64,000 bases of DNA from assembly GCA_044230075.1 (NCBI GenBank), contig JBGARS010000009.1, forward strand, positions 21,458-85,457, in the 5' to 3' direction. The notes beneath the pieces were generated by a model that worked only from the letters and a program-made list of their open reading frames with translations, had not been told where the DNA came from and did no database searches. Each line of letters begins with the position of its first letter. The first letter of the stretch is position 1. Below, one piece after another: positions 57,232-64,000 of this stretch. The DNA is from Planctomycetota bacterium. Its GTDB lineage: Bacteria; Planctomycetota; UBA1135; UBA2386. The position numbers were made by a program, and so were the translations under genes.

Positions 57232-59130
57232 ATGTACTTCGAGTCGACCGAACTGTCCGGAGCACCCACCGGCGCTGAAATCGAGGCTGTCGAGCCGAGC
57301 AGTTCCCCCGCCCTGACCCCCGCTGTGGAGATCCCAGACGAGGAGGTCGCCGACGAGGACATCGCTGCCGAGCAGGCCCCCGCCGAGAACGACCTCGCCA
57401 GCGCACCGGCCAACCTGATCCCGGCCCTGCAGCGCCGCGGCTTTCTACGCCTGACCGAAGTGCAGCGTGCGGTGCTCGACGCCGACGACGGCAAGAGCGA
57501 CCTGCGCATCACCTCGCAGACCGGCTCCGGGAAGACCGTCGCGCTCGGCTTCGCGCTCGGCGCCGGCCTCACGGACGGCAAGCGCAACGGGCCCAACACG
57601 CTGGTGATCGCACCGACGCGCGAGCTGGCGATGCAGGTGAAGGAGGAACTCGGCTGGTTGTTCGCCGACCTGCCGCACGTGCACTGCGAGGTCGTCACCG
57701 GCGGCACCAGCCTGATGCGCGAACGCCAGCAGCTGAAGCGCCGGCCGGCGATCGTCGTCGGCACGCCGGGCCGCCTGCTCGATCACCTGCGGCAAGGCGT
57801 GCTCGACGTCACCTCGGTGACGCAGCTGGTGCTCGACGAAGCCGACCAGATGCTCGACCTCGGCTTCAAGGACGAGCTCGACGGCATCCTCGAGCAGATT
57901 CCCGCGGCGCGCCGCACGCACCTGGTGTCGGCGACGTTCCCGCGCGAGGTGCTGGACCTCGCCAACCGGTTCCAGCGGCAGCCGATCTTCGTCGAAGGCT
58001 CCGCGCACGGCGTCGCCCACGACGACATCGAGCACGTCGTGCACCGCATCGGCCCGCGCGAGCACTACGCGGCGCTGGTCAACATCCTGCTGCTGGCCGG
58101 CGACGAACGCACCCTGGTGTTCGTGCGCACGCGCGAGAACACCGCCACGCTGGCCGACAAGCTGGCCGCCGACGGCTTCGCCGCGCTGGCGATCAACGGC
58201 GACCTGGCGCAGGCGCAGCGCACGCGCACGCTGGAGTCGTTCCGTCGCGGTGCGGTGCGCACGCTGATCGCGACCGACGTCGCCGCACGCGGGCTCGACA
58301 TCTCGTCGGTGACCGCCGTCGTGCACGTGCACCCGCCGATCGACTCGGCGACCTACGTGCACCGCAGCGGTCGCACCGGCCGCGCCGGCCAGAAGGGCCG
58401 CAGCATCATGCTGGTGCCCAAGGGCGCCGAGTACCGCGTGCGGCGCCTCTACCGCGAGGCGAAGCTGGAACCGACGCTCGAGCCGCTGCCGAGCGCGCGC
58501 GAGGTGCTGGCGCGCCAGCTCGCACGTGCAACCGATGCCGCGCGCGCGGCGATCGAAACCAACAGCAACCCGAACCCGGCCCAGCTCGCCGCCGCCGAAG
58601 CGCTGCTGCAGGATCGCAAGCCGGCCGAGGTCGTCGCCGCGCTGATGGCGCAATCGATGGCCACGCTACGCGCGCCGTTCGACGTCGGCGACGAGCCGTC
58701 GCACCATGCACCGCGGCATGCGGCCGCGAAACACGCGACGCCAGCCGCAACCAAGCCGCACCATGTGCCGCCGCCACCGCCCGTGGTGCGCAAGCTGCCG
58801 GCCGACCGCCTCGGCAAGCCCGGTGCGCCGCCCGCGTGGCGCCGCGACAAGGAAGCCCCCGTCGCCGTGGAGTCGTTCGCGCGCAACGGCGCCTTCGCCC
58901 GCTTCCGCATCAACTGGGGCCTGCGCGACGGCGCCGACCCGCGCCGCATCCTCGCCCACGTCTGCCGCCGCGGCGACATCGACAGCCGCATGGTCGGCGG
59001 CATCGACCTACAGGCCGGCTCGAGTACGTTCGAGGTCGCCGAGGCGATCGCGCGCTCGTTCGCGAAGCGGGTGCAGAAGCGCGACCGCCGCGACCCGCAC
59101 CTGTTCATCGTGCCGGACGATCGCGGCTGA
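57232..59130 (+). CDS. DEAD-box RNA helicase with DbpA-type RNA-binding C-terminus
   Basis: SQTGSGKT, PTRELA, TPGRLLD, DEAD, SAT, ATDVAARGLD, YVHRSGRTGRAG. Confidence 0.93.
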   Translation: MYFESTELSGAPTGAEIEAVEPSSSPALTPAVEIPDEEVADEDIAAEQAPAENDLASAPANLIPALQRRGFLRLTEVQRAVLDADDGKSDLRITSQTGSGKTVALGFALGAGLTDGKRNGPNTLVIAPTRELAMQVKEELGWLFADLPHVHCEVVTGGTSLMRERQQLKRRPAIVVGTPGRLLDHLRQGVLDVTSVTQLVLDEADQMLDLGFKDELDGILEQIPAARRTHLVSATFPREVLDLANRFQRQPIFVEGSAHGVAHDDIEHVVHRIGPREHYAALVNILLLAGDERTLVFVRTRENTATLADKLAADGFAALAINGDLAQAQRTRTLESFRRGAVRTLIATDVAARGLDISSVTAVVHVHPPIDSATYVHRSGRTGRAGQKGRSIMLVPKGAEYRVRRLYREAKLEPTLEPLPSAREVLARQLARATDAARAAIETNSNPNPAQLAAAEALLQDRKPAEVVAALMAQSMATLRAPFDVGDEPSHHAPRHAAAKHATPAATKPHHVPPPPPVVRKLPADRLGKPGAPPAWRRDKEAPVAVESFARNGAFARFRINWGLRDGADPRRILAHVCRRGDIDSRMVGGIDLQAGSSTFEVAEAIARSFAKRVQKRDRRDPHLFIVPDDRG

Positions 59131-59147
59131 GCGGGGTGCCGCAGCGG

Positions 59148-59927
59148 TCAGCGCGCCGCGCGCCGCAGCAGCTCCTGCCCCGCCGGCGACAGACCGAGCC
59201 GGCCGATGTCGCGCTCGAGTTGCGCCGCGCCGCCGTGGCCGTCGAGCCAGCCGTTGATGCGCGCGGCCGCGGTCGAGGCGACGAAGTCCTTCGGATCGGG
59301 GTAGATCGCCAGCAGCTCGCCGACCAGCTCGCGCTCGGCGCGCAGCCGGTACTTCTGGTGGTAGTCCTCGGCGATCCAGAACTTCGTCAGCGGCACGATC
59401 TCGGTCTGCACCTGTTCGGGCGTGGCCACGAACTTCTGGCGCGTACGTTCGATCGCCGCGCGCTGCACTTCGTCGGCGTAGAAGATCGCCGACATGTACT
59501 GCCGGCTCCACGCTTGCCGACACGGGTTGTGCGTCGTCCAGAAGATCGCGAGCAGCTGCTCGTACGAGATCACCTTCGGGTCGAAGTCGATCTGGATCGT
59601 CTCGGCGTGGTCGCCGATCGAGCGGTAGGTCGGGTGGTCGGTCGTGCCGCCGCAGTAGCCGACGCGCGTGCGCACGACGCCATCGAGACTCCCGAACTGG
59701 GAGTCGGGTCCCCAGAATCAACCGAGCGCAAAGGTCGCGGTCTGGTACTCGGCGGGAGCCAGGGCGTCGATCGGCGGGATCGAGCGGGCCGTCGTGCTGT
59801 CGGATGTGGGCATGGGTGCAGGTGAGGCGCCGGCAGCCGTTTCGGTGCGGAACTGCGTACCGCTGCAACCGGCCCAGACAAGGCCGGCTGCCAGCAACGC
59901 GCACACGATCGGCGGCGAACGCTTCAT
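59148..59927 (-). CDS. msrA: Peptide-methionine (S)-S-oxide reductase, selenocysteine-containing lipoprotein
   Basis: ORFs 59718-59927 and 59148-59675 are in frame: ...ATFALG-UGA-FWGPDSQFGSLDGVVRTRVGY...DHAET...QYMSAIF...AEDYHQKY; UGA at the GCFW catalytic Cys; lipobox VWAGC. Confidence 0.88.
59687..59705 (-). promoter_or_regulatory. Putative bacterial SECIS hairpin
   Basis: GACTCCC-AGTTC-GGGAGTC 7-bp stem starting 12 nt after the UGA, with G at loop position 2. Confidence 0.7.
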
Positions 59928-59969
59928 GGGGCGCGTTCTACGATACCGCGGCCCTGGGTTCCCGCCGCT

Positions 59970-60968
59970 TCAGAGCTGCGCCAGATAGGCGTCGAGCTGC
60001 TCGAACGTGCCGGTCCAGCCCTGCTGCATCGAGCCGTGGTGGTCGTCGAAGGTCTGCTGCTCGGCAGCGCTCGCCTGGTGGGCGCTCCACGTCACCGTGA
60101 CGACGGTGCCCTTGCCGATGCCGGCGTGCTCTTCGAACGTCACCACCGACAGCATCTCGAGCGGCCAGCCGTCGTGCAGCGGGTGGCGACAGGTCCCGCC
60201 GGCCGGGTCGGAGAACGACACCACGAACACCAGCCGGTCCGGCGCGGCGACCTCGCGGAACGTCCACTTGCCCCACATGTCGTCGGCGCCGGGACTGGTC
60301 ATGCAGTAGAGCAGGGTGCCGCCGGGGCGCAGGTCGAGCTGGCAGGTGGTGATCGTGCAGCCCTTCGGCCCGAACCACTGCGCGATGTGCTCGCGTTCGG
60401 TCCAGACGCGCCACACCAGGTCGCGCGGCGCGCGCACCACGCGGCGCATCAAGAACGGCGGGTGCGCCGGTGCCAGCGCCGCCATCGCCGCGACGTGCTC
60501 GGCCAGCCGCGCCATCGTCTGCTTGCCGCCTTCGACGGCGTTGTATTCGCGGATCACGAACTCGCGCGCCCGCGCCGACGGGAACACCGCCCGCATGGTG
60601 ACCTTGGTGCGTGGCCGCGCACCGGGCAGCGTCTCGAACGTGACCGTGGTCGTGAAGTGGACCGGCTCGAGGTCTTTCTCGCCGCCGTGCTGGTAGACGA
60701 GACGCGAGGGGGCGGTCACTTCCAGGTAGGTGATCAGGTTGGCGTAGTCGCGCCCGTCCGGACCGTGCATGACGAAGCGCCACTGGCCGCCGGGTCGCAC
60801 GTCCATCGCCTGCGTCGTGGTCGAAAAGCCGGTCGGCCCCCACCATTGGCGGATGTGTTCGGGGTCGGTCCAGACCTGCCAGGCGCGCTCGCGCGGCGCG
60901 TCGAGCACACGTTCGGTGACGATCTCGCGGTCGTGGGTGTCGGCAGGCTGTTCGTGCGGGGCGGACAT
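59970..60968 (-). CDS. Tandem SRPBCC (AHSA1-like) domain protein
   Basis: Two domains: RVLDAPRERAWQVWTDPEHIRQWWGP..DVRPGG and RVVRAPRDLVWRVWTE..WFGP..DLRPGG..GWTGTFEQL. Confidence 0.9.
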   Translation of the reverse strand: MSAPHEQPADTHDREIVTERVLDAPRERAWQVWTDPEHIRQWWGPTGFSTTTQAMDVRPGGQWRFVMHGPDGRDYANLITYLEVTAPSRLVYQHGGEKDLEPVHFTTTVTFETLPGARPRTKVTMRAVFPSARAREFVIREYNAVEGGKQTMARLAEHVAAMAALAPAHPPFLMRRVVRAPRDLVWRVWTEREHIAQWFGPKGCTITTCQLDLRPGGTLLYCMTSPGADDMWGKWTFREVAAPDRLVFVVSFSDPAGGTCRHPLHDGWPLEMLSVVTFEEHAGIGKGTVVTVTWSAHQASAAEQQTFDDHHGSMQQGWTGTFEQLDAYLAQL

Positions 60969-61005
60969 CTGGCTGGCTCCTGGCAGTAGGGACGAGGGGG
61001 AAGGC

Positions 61006-61398
61006 TCAGCTCGGGCGCGTCTTCTTGGCCGCTTTCCTGGCGGCCTTTCCGGTACGCGGTGGGCTTGCGGCGTCGGCGGCCTGCAGTTGCTCGACGTAGG
61101 CGACCATGCGATCGAGGCGCTGCTCCCACAGCTCGCGGTAGCGCTCGATCCAGTCGGCGGCGACCTTGAGCCCCTCGGGGCGCAAGCGGCACGGCCGGCG
61201 CTGCGCGTCGCGGCTGCGCGAGACCAGGCCCGCGCGTTCGAGCACCTGCAGGTGTTTGGTGATCGCCGGCATCGACATGTCGAACGGCGCCGCCAGCTCG
61301 GTCACGGTCGCCTCGCCCGTCGACAGGCGGGTCAGGATCGCGCGCCGGGTCGGATCGGCGATCGCTGCGAGCGTGCTGCTGAGGGTGTCGGTGGGCAT
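61006..61398 (-). CDS. ArsR/SmtB-family transcriptional regulator
   Basis: AIADPTRRAILTRL..GEATVTELAAPFDMSMPAITKHLQVLERAGLV. Confidence 0.93.
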   Translation of the reverse strand: MPTDTLSSTLAAIADPTRRAILTRLSTGEATVTELAAPFDMSMPAITKHLQVLERAGLVSRSRDAQRRPCRLRPEGLKVAADWIERYRELWEQRLDRMVAYVEQLQAADAASPPRTGKAARKAAKKTRPS

Positions 61399-61410
61399 CG
61401 ATGGCGGCGT

Positions 61411-61438
61411 CTGTATTTCACCATATGGTTACATACAG
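61411..61438. promoter_or_regulatory. Palindromic operator upstream of the ArsR-SRPBCC operon
   Basis: CTGTATTTCACCATATGGTTACATACAG, 28-bp AT-rich imperfect palindrome 12 nt from the arsR start. Confidence 0.7.
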
Positions 61439-61496
61439 GGCAAACACCTGTCAAGCGGCGCGTTCGCGGATCCCGCCCGCCGGCGCATGCAGGCGG

Positions 61497-62555
61497 CTAC
61501 GGATGCTCGAAGCCGACCACGACGATGCGGAACGAATCGGGCTTCATCGCCCGCCGCTGCCGGCCACCGCGTCCACCGGCCGCGGCATCCGCCGGCGCCG
61601 CCTCGTATTCCGCGGTCGGCAGGTAGACCTGCCGGGTCTTGCCATCGAGCACGAGCGTGCGCGCGCCGACGGCGGTCGCCAGCGTCTGCACGACCGTGAA
61701 CGGCTGCTCGCCGCGCGTGGCGACCACGCTGATCGTGCCGTCGCCGTTGGCACTCAGCGCGTAGCCGGTCTTCTCGTCGAACGCGGCGCCGTCGGTGTGC
61801 TTGCCGATCTTCGGCGTCGCGAGCACCTTGCCCGAGGCGGCATCGACGACCACCAGCTGCTCGTTGCTGCAGGCGGCGAACAGCGTGTGGTGGTCGACGT
61901 CGATGGCGAGACCGGTCGGCTCCTCGCCCGGGGCGAGCGCCATGTGCAGCTCGACTTCGTTCTTCACGGCGTCGATGCGCACGATCTCGCTCTTGTCCTC
62001 GACGTTGACGAACACCTTGCCCTTGCCGTCGGTGACGATCGCCTCCGGCTTGCCACCGACCGGGATCGTCGCCACGACTTCGCGCTTCTCGGCCGAGATC
62101 ACGCTGACGTCGCCGCTGCGGCCGTTGCCGATGTAAACGCACTTCGTCACCGGCTCGAAGACCAGCGCGTCGGGGTTCTTGCCAGTCGCAATGGTCTGCA
62201 GTGCATTGCCGGTCTTCAACTCGAACACGGTGCAGGTGTCGGCGCGACCATTGCTGGTGAAACCGAGGCCCAGTGCCGCGGCCACCGCGACTCCATGCAC
62301 GCCCGCGGTGTCGACGATCTCCCCCACCTGCTTGCCGCTGTCGGCATCGAGGACCAGCACGTGCGTCGCGCGCGGCACGTAGAGGCGCCGCGCCTCGCTG
62401 TCGATCGACACGTAGTCCCAGCCACCTTCGCCGCCGACGGGGAACGCGCGCAGCACCGCGAGCGGCGCGGACGGCGCCGGCGGCGGCGCCGCAGGGGTCG
62501 GGTCCTGGGGAGTGACGAGAAGGGCCAGCAGGCTGCAGGCGAGCAGGGTGCTCAT
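61497..62555 (-). CDS. YncE-family secreted beta-propeller protein
   Basis: Signal peptide; GEGGWDYVSID...RRLYV, GVHGVA, GFTSNG, GKNPDA, EEPTGLA, GARTL. Confidence 0.85.
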   Translation of the reverse strand: MSTLLACSLLALLVTPQDPTPAAPPPAPSAPLAVLRAFPVGGEGGWDYVSIDSEARRLYVPRATHVLVLDADSGKQVGEIVDTAGVHGVAVAAALGLGFTSNGRADTCTVFELKTGNALQTIATGKNPDALVFEPVTKCVYIGNGRSGDVSVISAEKREVVATIPVGGKPEAIVTDGKGKVFVNVEDKSEIVRIDAVKNEVELHMALAPGEEPTGLAIDVDHHTLFAACSNEQLVVVDAASGKVLATPKIGKHTDGAAFDEKTGYALSANGDGTISVVATRGEQPFTVVQTLATAVGARTLVLDGKTRQVYLPTAEYEAAPADAAAGGRGGRQRRAMKPDSFRIVVVGFEHP

Positions 62556-62674
62556 GGAAGGCTCCGACAGCCCGAGCCATCGCCCGGCGAAATGCCGACG
62601 GCGGGCATCGGGTCCAGGCTTGTACGAGGCGGCGGCGGACACCGTGCGTGCCGGGCCGCAAATCGTGCCCGCGC

Positions 62675-64000
62675 TCAGGCCGACTCGAGCGCCAGCAGCT
62701 TCTCGGCTTCGAGTTCCCACTGCGGCGACAGCCGGGCCAGCTGCTGGGCGTTCTGCTGCAGTTCGCTCTTCAGTTCACCGCTGCGCGCGCCGTTGCTCCA
62801 GGTTTCCGGCGACTCCAGCTCCTTGTTGATCGTCACCTGCCGCGCCTCGAGCGCTTCGATCTGCTGCTCGAGCCGCTGCACGATCTCGCGCTGCTTGTGC
62901 GCGTTGACGCGCGGCTTCGACGACGACTTCTGCGCCTTCGCCTCAGCCTTCGCCGCCTGCTTGCCCTGCTTCGGCTCCGCCTTGCCACCCGCGCCGCCCG
63001 CCGTCAACGCCGCCCGCGCCGACGTCGATTTCGTCTTGTGCAGGTAGAACTCGTAGTCGCCGAGGTAGTGCGTCAGCTGGCCACCGGCCACGTGGATGAC
63101 CTTGTTGGCCAGCGCTTTGATGAAGTAGACGTCGTGGCTGATGAACACCAGCGTGCCCTCGAACTGCTTCAACGCGTCGACCAGCGCGTCGATGCTCGAC
63201 ATGTCGAGGTGCGTGGTCGGCTCGTCCATCAGCAGCAGGTTCGGCGGATCGAGCAGCAGCTTGACCAGCGCGAGCCGGCTCTTCTCACCACCGCTGAGCA
63301 CGTCGACCTTCTTGAACACCGAGTCGCCGGAGAACAGGAACGAGCCCAGCAGCGTGCGCACGAACTGCTCGGTGACGCGCGCCTCGGTGTCGAGCGCCTC
63401 GGCCAGCACCGTACGGCCGGGCTTCAGCATGTCGATGCGGTACTGCGAGTAGTAGCCGGCCGAGACGTTGTGGCCGAGGTTGCGGGAGCCCTGCTGCGGC
63501 TCGACCTTCGCGGCCAGCAGCTTCAGCAACGTCGACTTGCCGGCGCCGTTCGGGCCGACCAGCACGATGCGTTCGCCGCGTTCGACCTCGAGTTCGGCAC
63601 CGCGGTAGACGACGTTGTCGCCATACGCGAAGTGCACGTTCTCGAGCCAGACCACGCGCTGGCCGCTGCGCATCGGCTGCGGGAAGCGGAAGCCGACCTT
63701 CTTGTCGTCACTGACCGGCGCCTCGATCTTGTCCATGCGCTCGATCTGCTTCAGCTTGCTCTGCGCCTGTGTCGCCTTGCTGGCCTTGGCCTTGAAGCGA
63801 TCCGCGAACGCCTGCAGGTGCGCGATCTCCTTCTGCTGCGTCTTGTAGGCGGCGAGCAGCTGCGCGTCGGTGGCCTCGCGCTGCACCAGGTACTTCTCGA
63901 AGTTGCCGGTGTAGCGCACCAGCTTCTGCTGGCGGATCTCGACGATGCCGGACACCAGCTGGTTCAGGAACTCGCGGTCGTGCGAGATCATCAGGATCGC
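62675..64000 (-). CDS. ABC-F family ATP-binding protein (5' end outside window)
   Basis: ISHDREFL, linker, GPNGAGKST, LSGGEKSRL, DEPTTHLD, ISHD, coiled-coil C-terminus. Confidence 0.92.
   Translation of the reverse strand, partial: AILMISHDREFLNQLVSGIVEIRQQKLVRYTGNFEKYLVQREATDAQLLAAYKTQQKEIAHLQAFADRFKAKASKATQAQSKLKQIERMDKIEAPVSDDKKVGFRFPQPMRSGQRVVWLENVHFAYGDNVVYRGAELEVERGERIVLVGPNGAGKSTLLKLLAAKVEPQQGSRNLGHNVSAGYYSQYRIDMLKPGRTVLAEALDTEARVTEQFVRTLLGSFLFSGDSVFKKVDVLSGGEKSRLALVKLLLDPPNLLLMDEPTTHLDMSSIDALVDALKQFEGTLVFISHDVYFIKALANKVIHVAGGQLTHYLGDYEFYLHKTKSTSARAALTAGGAGGKAEPKQGKQAAKAEAKAQKSSSKPRVNAHKQREIVQRLEQQIEALEARQVTINKELESPETWSNGARSGELKSELQQNAQQLARLSPQWELEAEKLLALESA

Noticed and set aside
59718-59720. 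msrA as a nonsense pseudogene
   Set aside because: The stop falls precisely on the catalytic Cys, a SECIS-like hairpin follows, and the rest of the gene is intact

Overview
High-GC bacterial chromosomal window, most consistent with an uncultured Planctomycetota lineage (inferred from membrane-anchored ECF sigma factors, carboxypeptidase-regulatory-like repeat proteins and the secreted-protein repertoire). It holds about 52 protein-coding genes. I saw no rRNA, tRNA, CRISPR array or intact transposase. Housekeeping genes include dinB, tdh, kbl, map, xth, infA, a DEAD-box helicase, Leu/Phe/Val dehydrogenase, an ABC-F protein and a MacAB-like exporter. Notable observations: (1) a lipoprotein MsrA whose catalytic Cys codon is an in-frame UGA followed by a SECIS-like hairpin, so probably a selenoprotein that the ORF track splits in two; (2) a 1197-aa protein with a voltage-sensor (S1-S4) domain but no pore; (3) an orphan MAD3/MAD4-like ATPase plus partner pair inserted at the tdh-kbl junction between GCCATGA direct repeats; (4) five AftB-like GT-C glycosyltransferases, one with an EF-hand; (5) an archaeal/eukaryotic-type (type II) methionine aminopeptidase; (6) a shared C-terminal domain on secreted proteins, plus two orphan relics of its tail in intergenic DNA; (7) a structured ~100-130 bp repeat that starts at the GGCTACTAG stop of two unrelated genes; (8) a 29-bp palindrome inside an ORF6N gene; (9) widespread TANNNT boxes just upstream of start codons, suggesting leaderless transcripts. 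All family assignments come from reading motifs by eye, not from database searches.
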